Shown piece after piece: positions 43,801 through 54,200 of a stretch of 64,000 nucleotides of DNA (position 1 is the first letter of the stretch; each line of letters opens with the position of its first letter). Below the pieces are notes generated by a model. It had not been told where the DNA came from. It saw only the letters and a list, made by a program, of their open reading frames with translations, and searched no databases. Source of the DNA: Epithemia pelagica. Lineage: Eukaryota; Protista; Bacillariophyta. The translations under genes and the position numbers were made by a program. Location of the stretch: contig OX337229.1 of the NCBI GenBank assembly GCA_946965045.2, positions 4,030,001 through 4,094,000 of the forward strand, written 5' to 3'.

Positions 43801-44022
43801 GCGGCGGGGGAAACGTGTAGCGGCGTCGTGTGGTTTGGTTTGTTTGTGTTTCCAGAGACCATGTAGAGATTCCATGGCCCATGTTGCGGTCGCCATGCGT
43901 TGCATGTGTTGCCAACCGATGGGTGGGGGTGGATCGGCGTTGTTTTGGCAGTTGGGTCGTGGTTCGGCCATGGGAATTTTCCTGGCCATTATGGCCCATG
44001 GCGGGTCCGCGTCGCGCCCCAT
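40798..44022 (-). CDS. CRE-like ORF1 (1074 aa), function unknown
   Basis: Long uninterrupted ORF directly upstream of and overlapping ORF2; low-complexity ends around a globular-looking core of about 380 aa. Confidence 0.8.
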   Translation of the reverse strand: MGRDADPPWAIMARKIPMAEPRPNCQNNADPPPPIGWQHMQRMATATWAMESLHGLWKHKQTKPHDAATRFPRRHGKTQNPQLAENTATNGNADPQRLLRSTNNTHPACPQTKTKPNNRMTEPTKRMTKPAKRMTLPDHLLTPPPPAQRHEDSNEEPGHVDRARHQQTLPRPPPQNHSRPNHTTTTTTPATKSEFEPMSTTDTTKPSCPGPKIPKRKQIANALQRVILQLKMTPPTKETTECLPHKNSETRVFHREPLPADHSKQQQPTTMQVHSKPSSGRRSTRAKLTSSALGPVPLVATNIRNATAITPDRNIKKQTKNENKNKENTNTNEKNTEKNHPSNQTNDDTNNETINETINNETINETINNEPNQTETRNDENTEAPHGEQHVTNGTKKTPTTNTATLTSDHESTTKPNDSETDTPVANPYRKPTTTKRPPSPEPSFLFHLHVAVNHHPNHEIESTLPRLTEQALKTHLNDVFFHHSKREEPMWLQVHSVDFIETKQSGSRPLRGSDNQNRPNRGSGHTSTFHVTLSPAPANDAFDTGVFYEQGLRFVLQMWHKHHNDDFTFDEHGAQSILRPGTRQSNPTIYPRYDQVNVYQPACNNRTSDTYGIVVGVPAQTIKHRRAALDLSSDIQNILTPHLPRKLNHVDYYNHIGCRAGTFSGELKNKQRGQVPAIYITASSKSNFEALLRSYNAYLSANRNTELTWCKNNIQIIPMPTSQNNRTTTLEAIKDIDQFFGACVKIKLRPINREATDGDWKRLRNLREFVALFPEFDNEDPDPQFFTLYLRKTPDTHMLTTNTIRQHPEFPENILLPTLAAVAATPPRQTNNNQNPATPTSSSHTNRLLAFTNRLLRRKHNNLDENDTDDNDNHHDNIQGTTPNTNPSSPPANKRSAAAMHPTEGDESDPYEDGTDWTTVAAQTNSYGTGTATNGHDDQDSKPAAKRNQFAPLADLQDDHQSNDDRMDTDESDDRSHALIGSDDNQENEEHEFSATTMQEIELIFKYVAHNNPSRIDEMRKYLENTKSFTNDTDAQDAWRFAQSLVQTSHSNVADSRTGHVVPHANWAKRPDE

Positions 44023-44619
44023 TGGCAGCGTGCCCTTGTCCGTGCGGTAAATGTTCGTTCCCTGAGGACGGCGTACGGCTGTTGTTGGTGTTATCGTCCT
44101 CGATGTAGTTCACTTCACAGTTAGATCCAATCTTGCTCGTGGTGTAAATTGGAAGGGATGGGAAGATTGGTATCTGACCCATTGGTGAGTGAGTTTTTCG
44201 GTACAGCTGGTCTTTCTGGAAATTTTCCTTACGGCCCACCCGTCCCGTTCATACTGAACTCAGACGAACATCATCCATGTCACCATGATGTGGCGGTACT
44301 CAGGCCATTTAAGGAAAACGCTATAAGTACCGGACGCTCGGGCTTTCGAAATCGAATTGTTTGACGTCATTCAAGGTCAGTCGTCGCCAAGTGGAACTTG
44401 AACTTCTTGAGCGGCTTCACTTCATTTGTTATTAGACTGATGTATGAGGATAAACACTCAGTGGTCCCTAAGGAGTGATACAGACAGCTCAATGTGCTCC
44501 TGAGACCATACTGGATATATAGTAGGACTGTCTGTCTACTTACCGAAAGATTGTCGCTGCAGTCCATGTGATGTCTTCACAAATCTTGATTGAAAATTGA
44601 GAGAAATCGTTCAATCACC

Positions 44620-45740
44620 ATGGCGACCAATGAACCCAACAACGGCACCTCCGCTACCGCTGCGACAGAGGCAGGTCCCATGTTCCAAGTCAGTGATCCG
44701 GTAAGACTATCGTCAGAATTGTTAGTTACCGACTGGAAAGAAACTCATGCCGTTGTCTTTGTTTCGCATTCGCCCATATAACCCAGACCAACAACAAACC
44801 CATCGATCTCGATGAGCTTTTCAATGACATTTACTATCTGAATCTACCTGGTGGATTGCAGGCCCCGATCCCGGATCCATTTCCAGTGAGCAACACGGAA
44901 ACTACAGCCGCTGCCGAGACTTCGGGTGCGGCCGATCTGGCCCCTGGCACGGGAACCGACGTGAGTGCAGCGGTCGCAGCGGCACCCGCAGACGACAACA
45001 CGAAAAAGCGGTCCGCCGAATCGGCTGGACTGGAAGACGAAGAGGATCATGATGATAAGGGAGATGGTAAGGATTTGACGGAACAACAAAAGATTGAACG
45101 ACGCGAACGCAATCGCGAACACGCCAAGCGAAGTCGCTTGAGAAAGAAATTTTTGTTGGAATCGTTACAGGGGCAGATTCAAGAATTGGAAGAGCAGATA
45201 AGGGGATTCAAACATGCAATTAAATCCGAACTTCCCGATAAGGCGGAACAAATTATCAGCCGAGTTTGCGGGGACAAGGAAAAGTATACACCGCTTCCAA
45301 TGCCAAGTGGATTTGGGCCAGTGAAGACGTTGATGGAACCCGACTTCCGTCTCATGTCAGCCTTGTCGGGATCACAACAAAACTTTGCCATTTCAGACCC
45401 CACGTTACCCGACAATCCTATCGTTTATGTGAGTCAGGGATTTTTGGACCTTACTGGGTATACCTTGGACCAAGTTCTGGGGCGAAATTGTCGCTTTCTG
45501 CAAGGGCCAGGTACGGATCAGACGGCGGTTCAAGTCATTCGAAAGGGTATCTCGGAAGGAGTGGATACTTCGGTGTGTCTATTGAACTACCGAGCCGATG
45601 GGACTCCCTTTTGGAATCAATTCTTTGTCGCTGCCTTGCGTGATGCGGAAGGAAATGTGGTCAATTACGTTGGGGTCCAGTGCGAAGTTTCCAAAGCGGT
45701 GGTGGAAAAGAATATGCCTGTCCCAAAGAAGCGGGTATAA
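44620..45740 (+). CDS. AUREO1: Aureochrome (bZIP-LOV blue-light transcription factor); exons 44620-44700 and 44787-45740
   Basis: bZIP ERRERNREHAKRSRLRKK, LOV GRNCRFLQG with the photoactive Cys. Phase-0 GT-AG intron 44701-44786 joins in frame to IDLDELFNDIYY. Confidence 0.95.
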
Positions 45741-46291
45741 TAAGTAAACGTGTGGTTTTGCATGTCACAGAGGGATGAAACCAAAATATCTGTCACGGTG
45801 AAATGTTGTGAAAGTAGTTTCAGTGGTGACGGGGCACCACATTCGGTGTTTTTCTACGAGTGGCTTTGAACGGATTCACAAGAAGGTAATATCGGCCAAA
45901 GACGATGCGATTTGTAGAGGTATCTCTCAGTTCGCAGCGTACAGCAAAGCCAGTTCGTTAACCTTAGAAATAGTCACCCCAACTGGAAACTTTTCCGTTG
46001 TTTAGTTCTCTTTGGTTGCGGTTGACGAGTACTATTGCTTTATTGATTATTGAGACAAAGAGATCGCGAAGTGAGGGTGGTTGCGATCCTCATGGCGTAC
46101 GTAGCAAGGATAGTTGATCCGAGTCACGATTTGATGTCAGGAGGGTACTCTCTCTGCAGAAGCAGAAGCTGTTCCATCAACGCCTGGAGCAAAAAGATCC
46201 TGTTTCCTTGAAAGACTTGGAACCGTCAAAGCTCTTCCGACTTCCGAGCATCAGAAGAGAAGATAGCTCGTGCAAAGCAAAGAGCATTACG

Positions 46292-47908
46292 ATGAAGCTG
46301 AGTTCTTGCCGACCGATTGCTTATTTGGGTGCATCATTCTTGCTGTTGCTATTGCAAACCTCGAATCATGTAGGAGAGGCGAAGAAAAGTTGGAGTGTGG
46401 CTTCGAGGAAGAGAAGTACACCCTTATCGCCTCTCTGCCATTCGCAGCCAACGACGACTGTTGCATCATGCGCTTTGACCATTTCGACCAGCGAAACAAG
46501 TATCGTTGAGGAATCAAAAGATGTGGAACTAGATGTTCGTGGTGGTTCTCTCGTGCGTATTGACCCGACATTGCCTCAAACCTTGATTGGGGTCGGTATC
46601 TTGGCACTGATTGAAAAGGCCATGAAACAAACCCTGCATGTCTTGGAAATTAAATTTCCCGCCATGTTGGCTGGCTGCTTGGCTCTCTTTGCCTTTTTAC
46701 TCGTGACGGATGCCTGTGTATCCTCTTCGGCCGCACAAGCCATGGCGGAATATTTGGCACCTGGTGCAGCCATTTTGGCCAAGTGGTTACCCATATTCTT
46801 TGTTCCAGGATTGGCCTTATTGCCCTTGGCGCCATCGGTTGGGGGGAATCTGGAAATTGTCAAAGTGTTGGGTGTCGTGGTCTTGGGTCTCATTTACACC
46901 ATTGTGACGGTGGGTACGACCGTGTCGGCCCTGCGCGGTGGCAAGGGTGGTCCAAGTTTACCTTCAGTGACCAAGGGTGCTCGTAAAGTCAAATTGCCCA
47001 AAGCCTCTGTCGCTGTCAAAAAAGTTCGCGTCATGCCTTTTACCGAAAAGCAAATGCAATCCTTTGGTATTGTTGCCATTGTCACTGGCGCCTTGACCTT
47101 GTTTACGTGTAAAAGTGGACATGCTCTGGCCAAACTATGTGAAACGAGTTTCTTCACCAGCTTTACCATTGCCACGTATATGTGGGCCGCTCGTTTACCT
47201 TCGTCCTTTGTGGCCGTTGTCCATCCATTGGTCACGACCTGTGCCTTGATTTTGGTCATGGTTCGGGGATTGGGTCTCGTTACGGATCGGTCCTTTCACT
47301 CCATTCTCCGCGCCTACAAGGTGGGGTCTCTGAATTGGAAAAAGGCTGGATCTGGTGATATCTTATTGTACCTGTTGGGACCGTCGGCTGTGTCCTTTGC
47401 CATTTCCATGTTCAGCAAACGAGTATTGTTGAAAAAGAACCTGTTGGTTGTGGTTGCCGCCGTCTTGGTTTCCAGTGTGGGAGGATTGTTTGGAACAGCC
47501 GCGTTTGTCCGAGCCATTCATCTGGGTGGCAAGGCCTTGACCGCCCGGACCGTTCGTCTTTCTGTCTTATCTCGCAATGTGACGACCGCCTTGGCCTTGG
47601 CCCTGACTTCCATGATTGGAGGTGATTTACCTATTGCCGCCGCCGTCGTGTGTTTGACGGGTGTCATGGGAGCCACCTATGGCAAGGCTATTTTGGAATA
47701 TTTGAGCATTACCGATCCCATTACGCGAGGTCTCTGTATTGGGTCATCGGCACAGGGATTGGGTGTTGCCTCCATGGCCGATGAAGCCGATGCCTTCCCC
47801 TTTGCTGCCATGGCCATGGTCTTGACAGCACTCACGTCCACCACATTGGTGACCTTTCCGGCCATCAAAAGTGCCTTGGTGAAACTGGCCACGGGGAGCA
47901 AGATATAA
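46292..47908 (+). CDS. PLGG1: LrgA/LrgB-domain membrane protein, like the plastid glycolate/glycerate transporter
   Basis: N-terminal signal-like segment; LAKWLPIFFVPGL, LLGPSAVSFA, SRNVTTALA, RGLCIGSSAQGLG motifs; many TM segments. Orthology is inferred. Confidence 0.85.
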   Translation: MKLSSCRPIAYLGASFLLLLLQTSNHVGEAKKSWSVASRKRSTPLSPLCHSQPTTTVASCALTISTSETSIVEESKDVELDVRGGSLVRIDPTLPQTLIGVGILALIEKAMKQTLHVLEIKFPAMLAGCLALFAFLLVTDACVSSSAAQAMAEYLAPGAAILAKWLPIFFVPGLALLPLAPSVGGNLEIVKVLGVVVLGLIYTIVTVGTTVSALRGGKGGPSLPSVTKGARKVKLPKASVAVKKVRVMPFTEKQMQSFGIVAIVTGALTLFTCKSGHALAKLCETSFFTSFTIATYMWAARLPSSFVAVVHPLVTTCALILVMVRGLGLVTDRSFHSILRAYKVGSLNWKKAGSGDILLYLLGPSAVSFAISMFSKRVLLKKNLLVVVAAVLVSSVGGLFGTAAFVRAIHLGGKALTARTVRLSVLSRNVTTALALALTSMIGGDLPIAAAVVCLTGVMGATYGKAILEYLSITDPITRGLCIGSSAQGLGVASMADEADAFPFAAMAMVLTALTSTTLVTFPAIKSALVKLATGSKI

Positions 47909-48892
47909 AAATTGAGTACATCACACGACCAAAGAAATAGGTTGTTGCACTCTCTCAAGAGACGGCTCTGAAAGGGAAAGCGCGATACGATGATGGCAGA
48001 TTTATATGACAACGATTTCTAGTTGACAATAGTATCCTTCTTTCAACGTTTGAGTGTATTTCTTTAGTGACCAATATCTAGCCCAGAGTCAGAGTCTCTC
48101 CCTCCAAACCTCGGATGGAAGGAGACTATCGAATCAAACAGCCAATGACGAATGAAGTCATAGATGATCTTAGTCCAAGTAAACGCTAAAGAAATGGACG
48201 CAAGCTCACTCTCGTTTGACGGTCGGGAGTCCCGGCACACAAAAGGTTGTTCGGCGTTACGATACAACGACGGAACAAACGAACAACCAATCACTTGATT
48301 CTTCCATATCAACTCATTACACCACCAAGGCGGGTATAAGAAGAAGAAGAAGAAGTCAAAGGTAGGTATGGGAAGGAAAAACAAAAGACAGACTGGAGCA
48401 ATTACTCCCAACAACAACAAAAATAGGCGATATTAGGCTAAAATTCCTAGGAGTACCTCTACGGTCTACGGAGCTCTACTAATCCTAGCTCCCCTAGCTA
48501 CTCCTTGAGAGTAGGAGTAGCAGGAAAGAAGGTACAGGTAGACGATTCGCGCGTTCTCGGTCCCGAGTCGGGAAGTGATTTTCGCGTGAACAGTGACGTG
48601 GTCAACAAATGACGAAACGACCATGGGCAACTGCCGACGGCTATCCAAAGGTTCCATTGCCGTGTTCTTCCAGGCCTGGCTGAGGACCAGCTTTTTATTT
48701 CTGTTGTCATTGAGCCATGTGTCCATTCTAGGTCGACTCAATGTCATTGAGGCATCCACGGCTTCGGCTGGAATCCCTTGTTTCTGTTTTGCTGACAAGC
48801 ATGGGAACACAAGGCAACAATACGGCAGGTTCTGGAGGAGTCCACTCATGCGTGGACGGGGGAGTTTCCCGCAAGGTCGGGATGCCGAAGTG

Positions 48893-49870
48893 ATGACAGC
48901 CATCGAATCAAAACGTGACCGAGTGGAACACCTACAATCGACAATTTCCACGAATTCCATGGTGGAAACCCATATCTTTATATCAGCATCCGCCAGTCCT
49001 CCCTATATTGCTGTGATTACCGAGCCTGATTGTTGTGACAGTGATGAACAAATGGAACGCACATTTCAAGCCTTACAACAGGCCACCCGCGATGGTTTGG
49101 TACAATTGGTATCCGTGCGTGTCGCTCTACGGACACCAAAGAGTCATGCAACATCCTTGACCTCAACGGCCACTGACCTGGAATCTGATGACAAAAAGTG
49201 TACATCGGTAGAACAACGGGTCCGGGACTTGACATGTCGTTTGTTGCGTTTGAGCGAACAACAACCCCTCGCTATGCAGGAGACGGCGTCCACTTCCCCA
49301 GTGACACGACCTCGTTTTTGGGTGGTACTCTCCAGTGATTGGGTTGCCATGGCGATGGAGTGCCGGGCTCATGGAGTACATGTCAAGGAATCGCATCGTT
49401 TCCGTATTCCGCAAATACGACAAGACCATCAACGACAAGTACGCCCTGATTCGTCATTCTCCTCGTTCCCCTACTGGTGGATTGGAACGTCCGCGCACAG
49501 TGTCGAATCGGCCTTGCATGCTTGGGACAATTATCAACCCGATTACTTCTTTGTGGGTACCTGTTACATGACAACATCTCATCCTGAGAAACAAACAGCG
49601 GCCGACTTGGAAGGACCTGCCTTGCCGGGTCAAGTCGCTCATGCCTTGTCCCAACCATTGACACCGGAAACTCAAACGGCAATGCCGCCACCACCCGTCT
49701 TGGCGATTGGTGGGATTGATTTGGACAATTGCCACGAACCCATTGGTTTGGGTGCTCAAGGCATTGCCATGATTCGAGCCGTCCTACAGGCGGCGGATCC
49801 CAGTGCTACCGTCCATGACCTGCACCAACGAATGAGCCGCGCACGGTCCGGTATGGACCAAAACAAGTAA
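48893..49870 (+). CDS. Thiamine-phosphate synthase (ThiE/TenI) family protein; start uncertain (frame open from 48593)
   Basis: GVHVKE, IGTSAHSVESA, DYFFVGTCY.T.SHPEK, VLAIGGID and GAQGIAMIRAV motifs. Confidence 0.82.
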   Translation: MTAIESKRDRVEHLQSTISTNSMVETHIFISASASPPYIAVITEPDCCDSDEQMERTFQALQQATRDGLVQLVSVRVALRTPKSHATSLTSTATDLESDDKKCTSVEQRVRDLTCRLLRLSEQQPLAMQETASTSPVTRPRFWVVLSSDWVAMAMECRAHGVHVKESHRFRIPQIRQDHQRQVRPDSSFSSFPYWWIGTSAHSVESALHAWDNYQPDYFFVGTCYMTTSHPEKQTAADLEGPALPGQVAHALSQPLTPETQTAMPPPPVLAIGGIDLDNCHEPIGLGAQGIAMIRAVLQAADPSATVHDLHQRMSRARSGMDQNK

Positions 49871-50255
49871 TCGAGACTTCGACGCCATATCATTGGATAC
49901 GACGAGGGAACAAGGCCCAAACGCCATGGCCATGTCTAAGGGTTCCATTATTTCACAGCATCAATATGCCCTGGAATTGAAATTTGCGTCACAGAACGAT
50001 ATTCATTGTACATGAGACAGATTCCCCCTTTTTTCCCTGAAACGAGTTCCCGTCGAGACCCAGAAGAAGAACAGATGGGCCCTGTCTACTAGGAGAGCAC
50101 AAGAAAGCGCCTTGGAGGAATCTCTGCCTGTGAGTATATTGACCAGATTCGATCCGCCTCTGTTGCTCATGGTCTAAGATATGACCAATGACCACAAGAC
50201 GATGGCAAATTAGGTCCCATGGCTAGCTAGAATTTGCGTGGAATACGAGAACTAA

Positions 50256-51023
50256 GGCTATCTCCACCCGAGCGCCGCTATGCTGACGTATTGGGGCTTT
50301 CTGATTGGCCTCGCTATCCGGATAGCGGAATAGCGGAGCCAAACGGAAATAAACTCCACGATCTCCGTTAAAAGAACGCCGCTATCTCGCGTTGCGCGTA
50401 CGCCCTCTCTTGTTTCGGTTAAAAAGGGGTGCGGCTTGCGGAATTCAAACAAGACAATCAACGAGAGCACAAAGCATAAACCAAAGATGGAGGACTCGTT
50501 GTTCTCCCTCTTCATTGTTGACTGTCATGGTGAATCATGTTGTTGTTCATGGCCAATGTAGATGTAGGTTTTAGTTTGCAGTCCAATCGTCCTATTGTAT
50601 TCCCTGTCCCATTTCCGATTGATTGTCTGATAATCGAACACACCAATAGTTTGAATGATGCATTTGTTTGATTGTTGCATTCCTTCCGATCCGTGATCCT
50701 CGAATCATCTTGCTGTGCATGGTTCTTGTCCCATTGTAGGAAGTTGGGAACACAACAATGGAAAAAGAGATGGTAAGCGATCGTCACAAATCAATACAAT
50801 GTGCCATTGCCATGTTTTCGACAAGAGAGATACTGTTGGCAGCAGACGTTAATTTATTTATGCCGACGGTTATATTTTTCTCCGCTATCCGCTATTTTCC
50901 CCGCTATTCGGGGCCCCAAATAGCGGCAAAAATAGCGGATAGCAGAGCTGTTTAGCGGTTAGAGGAGATGGTGGAGTTCGATAGCAGTTTTTGGACCTTT
51001 AGCGGCCCCGGGTGGAGATAGCC
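50256..51023. mobile_element. PIF/Harbinger (Tourist-like) MITE, 768 bp
   Basis: 15-bp perfect TIR GGCTATCTCCACCCG (50256-50270 and 51009-51023); TAA flanks at 50253-50255 and 51024-51026; subterminal ccgctat/atagcgg motifs; no transposase. Confidence 0.92.
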
Positions 51024-51234
51024 TAAGACTCCAACTCTACTCTAGAAGAACTATCTTCCTACTCCTAAGTAGGAGTAGTTTTGATCATATCCTAAGAACT
51101 AGCCTTGCTAGGAAGGACCTCGAGAGACCATATATTCTCATAAAGCGACTTAGAGGCGACTAATGTACACCAACCGCAGATTTCGCAAGTTGAAGCTGCA
51201 AGTTTCCATTTTTCTTTCCCATCGGACGAGGACA

Positions 51235-54200
51235 ATGATGGTCTCAGTGCGTCTCGGATGTCAATCCTTGAACGTGTCTCGTCGTCAACTTGGTCGCTTC
51301 ATCAATCTTCTGGGAGTGATTTCGGGATGGATTCTGGTTGGGGATCAAGCAGTCGGCCCTGTCACACACCGTCTATCCACGTTACACGACGACGACTGCT
51401 TCCCCCGCGATGCAGACATTGGCCCGACGAACAGCAATGAGTTGTGCGAGCAGTCCAGAAACAAGAAAAGCCAAGTTTCCTGGGGTGTGGTGACAGCGTT
51501 TGATCTGTATTCGACTCCACGTGTGAGCCATTCTCGCGCAAGAGGACGAATATCATGGTGGTCGCCACCTTGGCTGGATGATGAACGGTCGACGAGGCCA
51601 TCGTCCAGCACCAGAAGAACGAAATTGTTTTCACTCGCGACACCAATGGTAAACACTACTCTTGCAATATCTTCACCCTCAATACCTTCCTACGCTTCCG
51701 ACAGCCTTCCATCACAAGGCTCCCGTCAGTCGAACAAACGCAACAAGAAGAAAGACGACAATAGCGTTCAACTGCAATGGTTAGTGAACAACATTGAAAA
51801 GAATTTCTTGGGGAATCATGAATGTTCCCAGGAGGTTTGGCATGTTGTGCAACAATTGCTTGTCGTACACCAGAAACATCCCCAACGAAATGGAAACGTC
51901 AACGACGACGACAACAACAATGACAGTTCATTGGAACAAATGGGTGAATTATTGGCCGAGTTGAATGTGACCGAGGACTGCAGTCCGGCCGTCCAAGAAC
52001 GGTTGATCAAAGCTGCAGCCTTGGCTGGGTTCTGGCCGATTGCCTTGCAATGGACCTATGACCTCTTTTTGGAGCAATCCATTTTGCCAGGCGACATGGC
52101 TCAAAATGAACTTTGTACTCAATTGCGACAAGCACGACGGTACACGGAATTAAGAGACTTGGTCGAAACCATGGGACGTATTCAAAAACTACAACAACAA
52201 TCCATGTCATCCAATGCTGTCTTGAACATGTCCGCGTTCAATTTGTATCTGGCCAGTTTGACCGATCAAGCTCTGGAATACCGTCCCTACGAAAACGAGC
52301 AACAGAACGACGTGTGGTTGCAGCAAGCTTGGGAATGGATTGGACCGTTGGATAAGGCGCGGCAAAAATGGGGCGTCGTACCCGATGCTGTATCCTATGC
52401 GACCGTCTTGGAAGCGGCGGCCCAGGTTGGAAATCGGACCTTGTCCAATCTCATTTGGCAGTTTGTCCAGGATAACAAGAATCTCCAACACGACAATACG
52501 ACCTCCATTCGCCACAATGGCGTTCCCATTGGCACAGAAAGTATACTTAATGTGAATGCCTACAATGCCCGCCTCAAGACGTTGGTCTTGGGTTCGGGAC
52601 CAAGAATGAAAGGACGACAAACACAAGGAAATCCAAAACATTCCATATCATCAGATTGGGGAGAACCTGTGGTTAATCACAATCAGCAAGAGGATGATAC
52701 CTTGGCCTTGCAGCTGTGGCAAGAAATGGAACAGGACCCTTACGTCCAACCCGATCAGTATACAATTGATTTGATGCTGCTTCCCTGGATACGACAGGGT
52801 CAAGGACAGTTGCAGTCATGGAAAACGATTCAATCGTCAGTAAATGAATTTTTTGCTCGCCAGTGTCCATCGACCCTGATTGCGTCGCAAGCACTAAGCG
52901 CCTTTTTGTTGCGTCTGTGTGAAGACGGAACGAGTTCTGCGTTGTGGACTGCTCGTACCATGTTTCAAGAATACATTGGGATTCCCTGGTTTGGAAACAA
53001 TGCAGATACCCCCACGCAATCGATGCCATTAAGCTTCCCGATGCCTCAAACTCGCCATTTCAATATACTTTTGAAAGGATATCGCAAGGCACTACGGAAC
53101 AACCTCAATGCTCGCCAGGATACAGACAGCATTCATGTACGTGAGGAAGCTTGGAAACTCTTTAGCATCATGCAAACTTCGTCCTTGGTGGTACCCGATC
53201 CCATCACAGTTACCACCATGATGGGACTATGTCGTTCCTCAAAGGATCTTTGCCGTCTCTTGATGCAGTCGACATCAAGTCAAAGCCAAGGTGGAGGGGG
53301 CAAACGCAGAAAAGACAACAAGGATTGGTTGAAGACGAAACCCATCATATTGCGTGCTGCCATTACAAGATTTGGCGAACTGGGTGATGTCTCGAGCGCC
53401 TGTTGGTTGTTCGATCGTTATGGATCCTTTCATTCGCAGCAGTTGAGACTTTGGAATGTACTCTTGGGAGCCATTGTCAAGGCCTCTTTGGTAGTCCAAG
53501 ACAGTAGTAGTCACGACATTCGGTTCAAACAGTCGCATATGACAACAATCAATGTTTCTATTGCGGAAGTTTCCTCATACTTGATGGGTGGGAAGAACAT
53601 CCAAGAAAATGCATTACAACCAGGCTCCGTTGCAAAGGAATTGTGTGGCTGTACATTCCCCGAGGCAGCCACGAAGCTTCTTTCCTTCATGAACAATCAG
53701 TCGCCATGTATGTCGCAGTATGGCGTGAGTGAGAAGTTGCTCCCAGCCCCACAACCCGACTCACAAAGCTACTGCTTGGTTGCCTCAGCATTGCAACCTC
53801 AAAGTTATAAGAAGAGCGTCGAAACTGACACTTTGATACAAATGTTTCGCCAGGCTTTGGCACAGGGTATTGCAATGGACGGGCGTTTCCTCAACGCCTT
53901 GGTTCGCTGCTTTGGGGACAACATCCAGGCAGCATTAAACGTATGGAAGCAAGAGATTCGTCCTGCCTGTTTTACAGCTCGTCATGAGCTTGGTGACACT
54001 GCATCAATCTCTGAACACAACAGCAATTTGCACTTGGCTGCAGCCTATCATGGATTGTTGTATTGTGCTGGTCGAGCCTGGAGGCCAGATTTGGCGGTTC
54101 GAATAGTTTATGCTATGCGAAAAGAAGGACTTGAACCCAATGAAGTGTCGTTGCATTCTTACTTGGCTGGCAAGCAACAACGTCCGGACCAGGACGAGGT

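Larger units (their letters stand above)
36840..44240 (-). mobile_element. CRE-clade-like (R2 group) non-LTR retrotransposon with two ORFs; 5' boundary approximate
   Basis: ORF1 plus an RT-RLE ORF2, a short 3' UTR and an A10 tail (T run at 36840-36849 on +). No TSD found. Confidence 0.85.

Noticed and set aside
42595-44050. Several Gly/Val-rich plus-strand ORFs
   Set aside because: Antisense shadows of the low-complexity CRE ORF1.
36780-44600. TSD or conserved RNA-gene target for the CRE-like element
   Set aside because: The left flank (..tagtgtccgtccg) has no exact copy at the right end, and I recognised no SL, snRNA, rDNA or telomere repeat.
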